From Octopus vulgaris (taxonomy: Eukaryota): a stretch of DNA of 64,000 nucleotides. Under the pieces are notes generated by a model that was not told where the DNA came from, did no database searches, and was given only the letters and a program-made list of their open reading frames with translations. Made by a program: the position numbers and the translations under genes. Position 1 is the stretch's first letter. Each line of letters begins with the position of its first letter. This document shows, piece after piece, positions 15,334-27,869 of this stretch. Location: the NCBI GenBank assembly GCA_951406725.2, contig OX597815.1, positions 103,292,001 through 103,356,000 of the forward strand, given 5' to 3'.

Positions 15334-15705
15334 GTTCGATCATATAATAATATATATAATATATGAATATATGCATATATACATACATATTTTGTACATA
15401 CCTACATATATATGTATATATACATGTATATATGGCTACAGGATATCAAAACACGTCAAAAAAATGAGAAAATATAAAAAGCAAACACATGCAAACAAGA
15501 ACTTTTTTTCGAACGACAAAAGAAACAAATAGAAAAACGCGAGAGGCAACTGCTGAAGGGAATGTTCTTTATGTTGCCTGTCTCATTTCTCTATTTGTTT
15601 CGTTCGTTGTTCGATAAAAATTCGTTTTCTATGTTTTTGTTTTTATGTTCTCGTTTCTCATTTTGTTGACGTTTTTTGGATGTTCTGTACCCATATATGC
15701 ATGTA

Positions 15706-15759
<54 letters not shown>

Positions 15760-15820
15760 GGTATGTACATATATGTATGTATATATACATATATTTATAT
15801 ATAATTTATATTGAGCGAAT
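15334..15820. repeat. Imperfect fold-back palindrome (~490 bp)
   Basis: tatggctacaggatatcaaaacacgtcaaaaaaatgagaaa ... tttctcattttgttgacgttttttggatgttctgtacccata; loop about 15551-15572. Confidence 0.85.
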
Positions 15821-15844
15821 ATATATATATATATATATATATCG

Positions 15845-15880
15845 CCTTGAGTGACCGCTAGCTAATAAAGCTTTCTTTTT

Positions 15881-15920
<40 letters not shown>

Positions 15921-16060
15921 ACGTTCTCGTGTTCCTTTCTGTTGAAGAGCGTAGGCTCAAAAAGTAAAAGACCTTTTCACCTTCCCGAGTGATAAACTAA
16001 TACATGTGTTTGTTGTTTACACACCTGTCTTCGTCTTTTGTTTTTTTTGTAAATTCCAAC
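15845..16060 (+). mobile_element. Short PLE-type terminal repeat with hammerhead-like motif (family H1)
   Basis: cttt-ctgttga-a-gagcgtaggctc-aaaaagta-aaag; homologous copies at 42640-42760 (-) and 43830-44005 (+). Confidence 0.65.
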
Positions 16061-16254
16061 TATACATATATACAAACATACATATATATATGAAGAGCAT
16101 TGCTATACATAAATGCCTCACTCTACGAGGGTCTCTTAATTCTCTTAATATAAATAAATATATTTAATGGGAATAATTAATAATGGTTCCCTTATGAAGC
16201 TTTTCACGCTGACTACTTGAGAAATTCTTATAAAGGCTTTATCCTATTTTTAAA

Positions 16255-16320
<66 letters not shown>

Positions 16321-16339
16321 GATATATATGTACAAAATA

Positions 16340-16740
16340 TTGGGTGGGGGAGTCCACAAGTGATCCAAACGATTATTCTTTTACTACTTAACAGCCACCT
16401 CCACTACCTTTCTGTTATTGAACGTTGATGTTTTTTTCTCTGGGTGTCTACTATATCAGGATTTTATCCCACATAGATCTACGCAGGATTGCACCTAAGG
16501 ACTTATGCTCTTGTTTCTATAACTTCGAAAATTTGAACTATGAACTTTTATGCTTCTTTTTTCTTCTTTCTTTCCATCTCCTTGTTCATTTATTCCCTTC
16601 ATGTATGTCGTCATCTCATTAAGATATATCATTCTCATTTTCCTTATTTTCTCTATTTTTCTGTAATGACGGAATATCCCATACTCGGGGATATCCCAGA
16701 AAGAGCTGTAAGACTGAGTTTTTTCCAATAATAATATTGT
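16340..16740 (+). mobile_element. Penelope-like element terminal repeat (family H2) with degenerate hammerhead at 16660-16713
   Basis: Homologous to 22890-23345 (-); tct-gtaatga-cggaatatcccatactcggggatatccca-gaaagagctgta-aga. Confidence 0.7.
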
Positions 16741-16861
16741 ATACGACTTGAGATTCTTGCCTTGCCATCTTTAACACTTTGAATATTTGTCTGTATAAAT
16801 ATTCAAATATATTCATATATATATATTCAGGTGTGGCTGTGTGGTAAGTAGCTTGCTTACC

Positions 16862-18602
16862 CAGCATGATTCGCTAGTTGCCGGTTGCTTATAGAGAGAG
16901 TACGCGAGCTATGGCTTCGTGAATAGAAAAAAGAACAAAAAGAAACGTTGCCAAGGTTACTCGATTTTTTGTCCTCCGAGATGTTCATTCTTTTCCTCAT
17001 TATTTTAATTTCAGATTCTTTTCTTTCTCTTCTATATAGTTTTTATTTTATTTTTATTCGGTTTTAATATTTTGATGGACTGTTTTTATGAACTGCTTTT
17101 GAACTGTTTTTCTTTTTCTTTTTGGACATGGCAGAGAAGGAATTTAAAACGAAGAACCCTGTCTTGGAGTGGGAAATTATCCCACCCAAGCAGTGGTTAA
17201 AAGATATGGAGGAGAGGGTGGTAGTTGTTAGAAATTACTCTAGAGTGCTTGATACCATCACCGTTTTCCCAAAACCAACTATAGAAAAAGAACTGAAAGA
17301 CAATTTTCCTTTGTGAAATACATATCCCGCGGTGTCAAGCATGCAACCGTATGGTTGCTGTTTGACACCGGAGGAGGCATGCAATTTCGCGAGCCAGCCC
17401 TTGGAGGGCAACGAAATTCTGTTCCACCGGTTGTACTACGGGAGGAAATTAATAAGAGCCTGGGTATTTGGGTCACCCCCAGGCACCGTGGTGGGTTGGA
17501 TCGAAGATACCATCCGACGAGGATTTGGGGCTGGCGGGCCCAGGCTCTTAAATGTAAGGGTGTCGCCGGCTGTTGATTGGGATCAACAGATCTGATTGCC
17601 ACATTAAAAATAACTGCCCCCAGGATCATGGTAAGGACCTGGAACAGTCACTGGATGCCACCTCCCCTACTCGGTCAAAGGGAGGAGGCTGTGGTTGAGG
17701 AGGCTGTGGTTGAGGAGGCTGTGGTTGAGGAGGCTGAAGCCTCTTCAACCCAAAAAGGATTAAAAAGTAAGTAGGCGGTCAACAATCGTTGCCCACCGAA
17801 AGACCCTAAGGCTTCGGGAGGTGAAGAAGAGACTCTGGACAAAGCGGAAGAGCTCCACTCTACCGAAGTCAGGAAGAAATGAAAAAAAAGAAAGAAGAAC
17901 GGGCCCTTGCAGGTGGAGGATGATGTGCCGTCTGCATGTCGTGAAGTTGTGCCACCCACGGTGGAAGAAACGATCCCTACCCTTAAAGATGATGAATTTA
18001 TTATCTTTTTTCTACAAGGGCTGGGAGATAGAAAAATAGTAGGAAAACATAAAGAGACAGTAGATATGGCTTTCACACGGGATCCTGAATGGCCTCCGCA
18101 GAGCGCTGTGGACGTTATAAGGTTTTCCGTGTGGGAAAAGCTTAAAAGATTTAAAGAGGAATGTCGCATATGGCCGGGTGGCCCTTACACGACATATGTC
18201 TCGTGCATGAATGAGGCATGGGAAATGGCAGGGTACAGGAGCTCAAGCGGCATTGAAGATAATGATGGATACATTGATGGATATATCGATGAGTAGGAGC
18301 TGAAAAAGCCTCGTTAGAGGGTTTGAAACCTCATTATTGCATTATTGGTAGTGGTATATAACCTCAATTGTGTGTTTTTATTTGTTTAAAAAAATCATGT
18401 TAAGTAAGAGGTTTTAGTGCCTCCTTTTTGAAACCTCATATAGGTTTAAAAAAAGTAGAAAATGTTTTCGAGAAAAATCGAATCGGCGGGTGTTGGGTTT
18501 CGTCTCTCATTTATTCTTTTTATTTCATTTTCCTTCATTAATGTGTTTGTCCAGCCCGCAGCTACTCTGTGTACTGTGTTTATGGCAAATAAAATGAAAT
18601 GA
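16862..18602 (+). mobile_element. Non-autonomous ORF1-only LINE (Tx1/L1-like, HAL1-like architecture)
   Basis: TSD aagtagcttgcttacc (16846-16861) / aagtagcttgcctacc (18603-18618); 5' UTR, frameshifted ORF, 3' UTR ending aataaaatgaaatga; no EN or RT. Confidence 0.8.
17148..18296 (+). pseudogene. LINE ORF1-like protein, frameshifted
   Basis: MAEKEFKTKNPVLEW...EKELKDNFPL / VKYISRGVKHATVWLLFDT / PEEACNFASQPL...YYGRK...PPG; aligns by eye with the fragment at 31881; contains a 15-bp x3 repeat encoding EEAVV. Confidence 0.7.
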
Positions 18603-18744
18603 AAGTAGCTTGCCTACCAACTATATGGTTCCGGGTTCAGTCCCACTGCGTGACACCTTCGGCAAGTGTCTTCTACTATAGTCACGGGCCGACCAACAGC
18701 CTTGTGAGTGGATTTGGTAGACGAAAACTGTAAGAAGACCGTCG

Positions 18745-18795
<51 letters not shown>

Positions 18796-19233
18796 TTGTG
18801 TATGTATATGTTCGTTTGTCTGTGTTTGTCCCCCAACGTCGCTTGAAAACCGATGCTGGTGTGTTTACGTCCTCGTCACTAATAGCGGTTCGGCACATGA
18901 GAAAATTAGAACGATAGATTATGTACTAGGCTTACAAAGAATAAGTCCTGGGGTCGATTTGCTCCACTAAATAAACATAGGCGGTACTCCAGCATGGCCG
19001 CAGTCAACATGACTGAAACAAAATAAAATAAAAAGAAGAAAAAGAAAACAAGGATATATGTGTGTGTACGTATAAGATATATATATATATATATAAAGTA
19101 TGTGTGTGTGTTTATGTGTGTACATATACCTATGTACACAGACGCACACAAATTTCACACGCACGCACGTACTTAGACCTATATATATGTGACTTAGGTG
19201 GATACGCACATGCAAACATACATGAATAATAGA

Positions 19234-19276
<43 letters not shown>

Positions 19277-19362
19277 ATAATAAATATTAGGGAATAAATC
19301 CAAATTTACAGGGAAAAATCAGATTTAGGACTGAATCCAATTTTATAGTAAAATATTATATA

Positions 19363-19543
19363 ATATTAATTAGAAACAAAACCACTATTATGCAAATCAA
19401 ACAAAGAAAGACTTAATCCAATACATAAAAAATTTTATATATAAATTAAATAAAATTAATTTTATTTAATTTATATAAAATTTTTTATGTATTTGATTAA
19501 GTCTTTCTTTGTTTGACTTGCATAATAGTGGTTTTGTTTCTAA

Positions 19544-19550
<7 letters not shown>
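19363..19550. repeat. Near-perfect loopless palindrome (~188 bp) within an AT-rich dispersed repeat (19280-19550)
   Basis: attagaaacaaaaccactattatgcaaatcaaac ... gtttgacttgcataatagtggttttgtttctaat; axis 19457/19458; related heads at 14684 (+) and about 52380-52425 (-). Confidence 0.9.
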
Positions 19551-19598
<48 letters not shown>

Positions 19599-19864
19599 AC
19601 GCACACACATACACGTGCCTGGATATGTACATATCTCCATTCAACAACTGAACACAAAAAAGCCTTTGGAAAGCCGATTATAGTAGCGACCCCATCTAAG
19701 AATTTTATTCCGAAATATCATCAGACTATGGATGACTAAATTACAACTGGTATATAGTCCATGCTTTGGAGTATAGTGCATTGTTGCACCATTCAAAAGT
19801 TTTTCTCTACAAACACTACACAATGCTTCAAGCGAACTGCAATATATACATCTACATAATCTTT

Positions 19865-20110
19865 CATCTTTTATTTGTTTCAGCCATTGGACACGGCCTA
19901 TCTGGAGTAGCTCTTGCAGTGTATCAATCGTATAAATCGATCCTATTACTTATGTTTGAGACATGTAGCTCACATTCTATCCGATTCTATTGTCGAACGG
20001 TGAAACTACGTGGACTTAAAAACAGATTAACACTGATTGACAAAGCGAGGCCAACCTAGAACGCAGTAGGACTGAAAACGAAACCACGTATTTGCGAAGG
20101 AATCTTCTTA
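19865..20110 (-). mobile_element. Degenerate SINE family A
   Basis: tttgtttcagccattggacacggcc...cacattctatccgattctattgtcgaacggtgaaactacg matches the reverse of the family A tail. Confidence 0.55.
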
Positions 20111-20839
20111 GCTCTATAAATAAATAAATACATATATTCGTACCCACGTAGATACACCCTTATATTGCAAAACCGTGCACACAAACTCAAATACACAGAT
20201 ACAGATACACTGATCAATGCATAGAAATGTATAACAAAGATAATCATATACACTATACACACAAGCACGCATGCCTATATATACAAGACATGTAGACATG
20301 CACACGCACGCGCGCTCGCACACATATACGTGCCTGCATATGTACACATCTCCATTCAACTATTGGACACAAAATTTTAACAGCTGTGCCATTTCTATAC
20401 ATGCACCCCAAGAAGAGTAATTTTACCTCGTATTGATCTTTTTATGTGTGTATGTTTGAGGGTGTATATTTGCATATTTGTACACGTAGGAAATGTTATG
20501 GATCCCTGAGTACATGTCTACATGTGTATAGACACCAACAGACACTTATACATATATATATATATATATACGCATATCTATGTTTCTATCTATCTACCTA
20601 TCTGTCTATACATAATACATACATCTATACATACATACATACATGCATGCATGCATACATACATCCATACATACATACATGCAAACATACATACATACAT
20701 ATATATATACGTACAAACATACATATGTACATACATACATACATATGTACATACATATGATCCAAATAATATGACAAGAAAATCCTTTAACACATTTTAA
20801 TTGATTCGTTGCAATTGCTTCTGTACCAATTCTGACTTC

Positions 20840-20865
20840 AATAATATTATAATAATAATATAATA

Positions 20866-20955
<90 letters not shown>

Positions 20956-21170
20956 TGATGATGATGAGAAGAAGAAGGAGGAGGAGGAGGAGGAGGAGAA
21001 GAAGAAGAAGAAGAAGAAGAAGAAGGGGAAGAAGAAGAAGAAAAGGAAGAATACGAAGAAGAAGAAGAAGAAGAAGAAGAAGAAGAAAAAGAAGAAGAAG
21101 AAGAAGAAGAAGAAGAAGAAGAAGAAGAAGAAGAAGAAGAAGAAGAAGAAGAAGAAGAAGAAGAAGAAGC
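20840..21170. repeat. Compound trinucleotide microsatellite (TAA)n(TGA)n(GGA)n(GAA)n
   Basis: Directly visible. Confidence 0.97.
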
Positions 21171-21667
21171 TAAGGATGATAATAAATGAGGAAAGGACAA
21201 TACATAGCAAATCAGTTTATCTGGACTAAACATTCTCAGAATAGTCATTCAGTGCAATATTGTCACACACAAACACACAGATACACACGAGTCGGGATAA
21301 ACCCTACCGCTCGGTATACTGTCTCTGTCGCTGATGCATATTTTTAAACAAGCTTACTGGCTGTGACACCATGTTCTGGCACTGTTATTTTGTGTACCAC
21401 TTGCGGAAGATGGTTCGTTGCTATCAGCCACGGTTGAACGTCGATCATTGATTGACAAGACCAAGAAAGGTCGAAATCACGTTATCTCCTGCACTCGGCG
21501 CTGGATATGACAAGGATTCATGTCTCCGCTAGCGATAGACAAGAGTTTCCTTTGGACTGAAAGTCAGCATGAGTATTTCCCTCATTGTATCTACTTAAAC
21601 AGAACATCCACGTTTTTGATATTATACCCTTTGATATTATATATAATATATATATAAATATATATAT

Positions 21668-21930
21668 AAATAGGAAAAAAGCAACAAGAATGGATCAAAA
21701 TATCGGTAAAATTGTTTTGTTCGAGGACATCTTTAATAAGCTACAAAATTGCAGTAAATATAGGAGGCTCGTACTCATCAGCTGAAAAAACATCAGAGAT
21801 TCATATTTTGATCCATTCTTGTTGTTTTTTCCTATTTGTAATCACCCCACTTGTCGTATGGTTAACACCATATAGATTTCCGGTGCATCCTAGTTAAGGA
21901 CCATATTCATGTGAATTCATTAGAACTCAC
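21668..21930. mobile_element. PLE-type repeat: 35-bp inverted repeats enclosing a degenerate minus-strand hammerhead
   Basis: IR 21668-21703 / 21803-21837; minus strand ctgatga-gtacgag...ctcgaac-aaaacaatt. Confidence 0.6.
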
Positions 21931-21946
21931 TTGAATCTCAGTTACT

Positions 21947-22008
<62 letters not shown>

Positions 22009-22029
22009 GTGTGTGTGTGTGTGTGTGTG

Positions 22030-22227
22030 TGGAGCGCAATGGCCCAGTTGTTAGGGCAGCGGACTCGCGGTCGTAGGATCGCGGTTTCGATTCCTAGACC
22101 GGGTGTTTCTTCTGTTGGCCCACTCGCTTAGCCAGCGGGGTGGCGTCATTCTAAGGCTAAAACAATGCGAATGCATTGTGAACAGCGATGTGTAGCAACA
22201 TCTGATGATCTGGTCGGTCACGTGATC

Positions 22228-22230
<3 letters not shown>
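22030..22230 (+). mobile_element. tRNA-derived SINE (family D)
   Basis: A box tggcccagttgttag and B box ggtttcgattcc, followed by a non-tRNA body. Confidence 0.8.
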
Positions 22231-22283
<53 letters not shown>

Positions 22284-22284
22284 T

Positions 22285-22625
22285 ATGGCTGCCCCCTCGT
22301 TATCGAGTATGGCCATTGCACGAAGCTTAACTGTTATTGGTGCTGTGATCGAATGTGACTTTTTAGCCCAGCTAAAGATCTACAATGTCTTGTAAAAAAT
22401 TGGCAACTAAAACCTTTACTGGTAATAGCCGGCTGCAGTTGTAGCTGGGCTTCATGTACCTCTGCATGTCGTTTAAGTCCTCCTCCCGAATTACACTCTC
22501 TTCCACATGCCCGACAGATATGATTAGTATGGTGTGTTACACCACCACCAGTGGCCAGGTTGTCACTCATCTGTCTCGTTTTATGACTACGAAGATGACT
22601 CATGATAATATATTATGTCGCAGGT
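22285..22625 (-). mobile_element. RTE-type LINE 3' end with two C2H2-like zinc fingers
   Basis: ICRACGRECNSGGGLKRHAEVH and FSCQFFTRHCRSLAGLKSHIRSQH, then a stop and short 3' UTR (ggccatactcgataacgagggggcagcc) ending in TA. Confidence 0.65.
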
Positions 22626-22632
22626 CAGATTC

Positions 22633-22695
<63 letters not shown>

Positions 22696-22889
22696 GGGTT
22701 TAGTTCTCAGGTGATCTAAACGATTAGGTGCACTAGGTAAGTGCTGTAACGGATTACCAGAGCTCCAAGGTTTTAGCCGTGACGGTAGTTATGAAGCCAT
22801 TGCAGACTTCCGATGCAGCCGATATATAATTGTTAAACACGATAGCAAATATGAATGCAAAGCAAGCATCTCAAATTGTACACAGTATC

Positions 22890-23345
22890 AATATAGGAAG
22901 AAATTCAAAATCTTACCAATGTTTCTGGGACATTCCCGCGTATGGGATATTCCGTCATCAGAGACAAATAGGGGGAAAATAGGGAAAATGAGAATGGTAT
23001 ATATTTATGAGATGACGACATTAAGGAAGGGAGTAAAAGAATAAGGAGATGGAAAGAAAGAAGAAAAGAGAAGCATAAACTTTCAGAGTTCAACTTTCCG
23101 AAGTTGTAGAATCCAGAGCATGACTTTTTGGGTGCAATCCTGCGCAGATCCATGAGCATAAGTCCTTAGGTGCAATTCTGCATATATCTACGTGTGTTAA
23201 AATCCTGATATAGTAGACATCCCACGAAAAAAGAAGCGAACATAACGTTCAATAACGGAATGGTAGCGGAGGTGTCTATTAAGTGGTAAAAGTAAAGAAA
23301 ACAAAAGAAGTTTCTTCCTTAAATCAAATTGTAAGCTCACCCCAC
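22890..23345 (-). mobile_element. Penelope-like element terminal repeat (family H2)
   Basis: Inverted homolog of 16340-16740; has an internal ~39-bp tandem duplication around 23105-23185. Confidence 0.75.
22911..22964 (-). ncRNA. Minimal type-I hammerhead ribozyme motif
   Basis: UCU-CUGAUGA-[c ggaauauccc auacgc gggaaugucc ca]-GAAA-C auug G-UA-AGA: intact core, stems I/II/III, GUA cleavage triplet. Confidence 0.7.
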
Positions 23346-24459
23346 TCCACTCCACGAATAGCACTTACATACAAACTATTATGATCATTAGAACATACTC
23401 CTTCTATATCTCTATAACTCTTATTTCTACCTTATGTCTTACTTCCCTTCTATTTACCTTAACTCATCATACTACGAGATAAATATTTATTCTTTGATTT
23501 ATCCTTAATTTATTTTTAAACCTTATCCCAATAAATCTCCTAATATAAATCCTCTAACTCTAACTCCCACTCATAAGTAATTTAACATTCTCCACTATCT
23601 ACATATCCATAACCCCATTGCTAAAAATAACTCTACAACTATTTATATAAAACTACCAATTCATCGAATTACTAAAGGAAGTGACTGATATAGTCCTCTG
23701 GCATTTTCTTTATATAATGGTTACAATCCATCCGGATGCTTTTGCAATTTCCGTGAACGAAACCTCATTTTAATAAAAGGTTTCGACTAGAAATCCTAGC
23801 ATAGAAAGAGCAAATTTCCAGTTCGAAGAATCAAACTTGCCAATACGAAGAATCTGACCTGGAACTTCATAATTGTGAAGCAAAACTCTTGCTAATTCGA
23901 AGAATCAAACCTGCGACGTAATAATTGTGAAGCAACAGTCTTAACGATTTCACCATGCCTCGTTGTCTACTATGTAATTTTTAATGTTATTTTGGTTCTA
24001 CATGCTGGTGATTTTTATTAAACAAGTGTCTCGAATAGAGACGAGCGAAAATAGATGGGAGGAAAACTTGAGAGCAGTTTTGTATGAAAGAAATTAAGGT
24101 AATTTTCTTAGAAATGAATGTCGTACCGCCATATGTTGAGAAGTACTATAGTATTGATGTAGTAGCTTTTAGCCTTATGCCTGCATAATTCAGAAGATAT
24201 ATTCTTTTTCTTTTTCTTTTATTATTTTTAAACCTTTTAGCTGCACCCAACAAATAGCACGAACATGAAGGTTTTAATCGATTATATCAGCTTCAGTTCT
24301 TTTTCTGATATTTATCGATCAGGTAAAGTATGAAAGGTAAGGTGTCGCCCTGGTCATGAGGACACGCTATTCGCACGGAACTGAATAGAAATCAATTACA
24401 ATAAGGAAATCTTTATTTGACACAGCTTGATTCACCACTCTGTTCGAAAATACACCCCT

Positions 24460-25062
<603 letters not shown>

Positions 25063-25511
25063 AACGGAGCGGGCGAGATAGGATAACAAAAAGTTATAGG
25101 GATTAAGTATAAAGATAACGATAAAACTTATGAACAAAATATAAAGGGAGAAAGAAAGAGAGAGAAAGTGAGAGAGAGAAGGGGAGCGAGAGAATGAGAG
25201 AACGAAAGAGACAGAGAGAATCATTGGACAAGGTACTTCTTAACATGTCCCAAAATATGTTATTCAGAACAAGACTGCTAGATGTAAACTGTCAAATGCA
25301 TTAACCAGTTTCTGCAATGATGACATCCAACTAAAAAGTTAAGAAGTGGTTAAATATTCTCGAATAAACCATACAAGGTAAATGTAAATGAGTAACTTCT
25401 TTTTGCCCCTTTAATCTATACTATTAGGTTAGCATTCATCACCAGGCATTCTTCTGTAAAGTATATGTTTGGCTACAATCTTATACATATATATATATAT
25501 ATATATACATA

Positions 25512-25583
<72 letters not shown>

Positions 25584-25602
25584 AAAACTGAATATTGGGA
25601 AA

Positions 25603-26100
25603 AGTTGTCAGAATTTTGAAAAAAACTTTTTATTTCTTCATTATTGTTAGCGCTTTCGATCTTTCCTCGAATTTGTCAAATAAAATTTTCTGAATGTACA
25701 AACAGCTACTTCATTTAAATAAAACAGATGGGGTTTTTTTGGTGGTGGTGGGGGGGTTATTTAGAAGAGAACATTGTTTTTGCTTTTTGAGGTAAGGTTC
25801 CATGACAATGGAGATGGCTAGATAGAAATATAGGTAGAGAGACTGATAGATAGATCTATCTATTTAACTACCTACCTATATTTCTATCTATCTATCTCCA
25901 TTGACATGGAACCTCACCCCAGAAAATAAAAACATTGTTCTCTTCTAAACACTCCTCCCCCGAAATAAAACATCGGTTTTATTTAAATGAACAAGCTGTT
26001 TGTATATTTACAAAATTTTATTTCACAATTTCGAGAAAGAAACGAAAGCGCTAATAATAATGAAGAAATAAAAAGATGTTTTTCCAAAACTCTGACGACT
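25603..26100. repeat. Imperfect fold-back palindrome (~500 bp)
   Basis: agttgtcagaattttgaaaaaa...gaggtaaggttccatgacaatggagat | gatagatctatc | atctccattgacatggaacctcacc...ttttccaaaactctgacgact. Confidence 0.9.
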
Positions 26101-26114
26101 TGCTCTCTCTCTCA

Positions 26115-26166
<52 letters not shown>

Positions 26167-26314
26167 AATTTTTTGATCTTGTCTTGACGAGATCGATAAA
26201 CGAACGAAAGCTCTAATAAAGAATTATCCAAAGTTTTGACAGCTTCCTTATTCTCAATATAGAATATATGTACACTACTTCAAACACTGTACACACAGAC
26301 ACACGCACCACCAC

Positions 26315-26371
<57 letters not shown>

Positions 26372-27869
26372 TAAAGCTAAAGCTAAAGGGATGAGACAAA
26401 AACATTAAACTTTTTTGGTACTTTGAAATAATGAAAGAGTCTCAAAAGTACGACTCACTATAAAAATATTAAAAACAAATGAATCACCCTCATAACTACA
26501 CATATACATTAAAATACAGAAATATGAGCACATACATACACACAACAGACATACCCACAAGCACCTACACATACACATACATATATTTATATTAATATTT
26601 ATATTGAATGCAGTACATCAATGACTGACCTGTCGAAAACATTCAGAAAAAATTCTGATATGGAATGAATGAATGAATATATATATATATAAATAAATAA
26701 ATAAATATTTAGTTCTTTCTGTGTGATATTTTCCGGAATGTTCTTTTTGACCTTCTGACTGTCGATTTTATCCAAAGCATTCATGAGTTATATATTGGAG
26801 AAACGACGTTGGAACACTTTGTATAAAGCCAGCTAATGTCGAATATTTTTGTTCGTAGTGCAGTAATACATACTAAAAAAGTTTGTCTTTGTATAGCGTT
26901 TGTTATTTAATTTTGTTACTCTAATTCCCTATTTATTTTACTCTTCTAATTGATTTCTTTTATGTAGCTGTAACACATTTACGTCTTCAATCGTTGATTG
27001 TATAATGCTCAGTTCATTTTTTTGACCCCTAGTTTATCGATCTTGCAATGTACGAAAGTCGAGGTGTCAACGTGTTAAAGATACACATATTTCTTACGGA
27101 ACCAGGGTGGAATTCCTTATTCCATGCAGGGCTTGTAACTTTCCTGACCAATAAACATACACATATGGCTCTCCTGTCGATACAGTATGACTGATGGACT
27201 AGGCGATATATTTATTGAATTAGTGAGCAAAGCTGGTTAGCATTCCACAGACATGTATCTTTTACGTAATTCTCATCTACAATTTGGATCAGAGTGACAA
27301 AGATGTATCAAAGCTGGAATATAAGAATTCCAGAAACAGATTAATCGACAGGATTCTGCAATTAATTATATAAAATCAAAAGTTTTAGGGAAAGCTGCAG
27401 TTATGGTCAAATCACTTGTTCCTAATGCCGTGCGTTGGAATCGGACGCTTTTTTGATAAATATCAATTAAATACACACCAGAAAGTGCTAAGTGCTACTA
27501 ATAGTTATGATACTTGATATTTATGATACCTGAACAGGCATACTTATAAATACGTTATGTATCTAAAGGCAATCTTTCAGGCTCTTTATACGTTATATAT
27601 ATCTTATGCATTATATATGTTTTAAAAACAAGGGCGCTGGACAGAGAAAATAAGAAAATACGTAGGAAAGATGTGAAGAAGGTTGGGGCAAAATATGGAG
27701 CGAGAAGAAATTAATACAATTAAGAAAACTAAGATCCACTATTCTCCACTTAATTGTATGTGGTGTGGGGCTGCTCTTCAAATTCTATACAGGGATAACC
27801 AACTTAGCTGCATTACTTTTATCGATGTGCCGGAAAGTAGACAAGCAGTTTGCATTAATATCTCTTGAA

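Larger units (their letters stand above)
16828..19050 (+). mobile_element. SINE family A, split by a 1.7-kb insertion (head 16828-16861, remainder 18603-19050)
   Basis: A box gtggctgtgtggtaag at 16833; B box ggttcagtccc at about 18634; internal TA/TG tract; A-rich tail. Confidence 0.9.

Noticed and set aside
22030-22105. tRNA gene (also heads at 16828, 40010, 59425)
   Set aside because: A and B boxes are present but there is no proper cloverleaf or terminator, and each continues into a SINE body
26598-27078. piggyBac-like MITE (caacgtg-ttaa end)
   Set aside because: Only one plausible terminus; the matching TIR is not convincing
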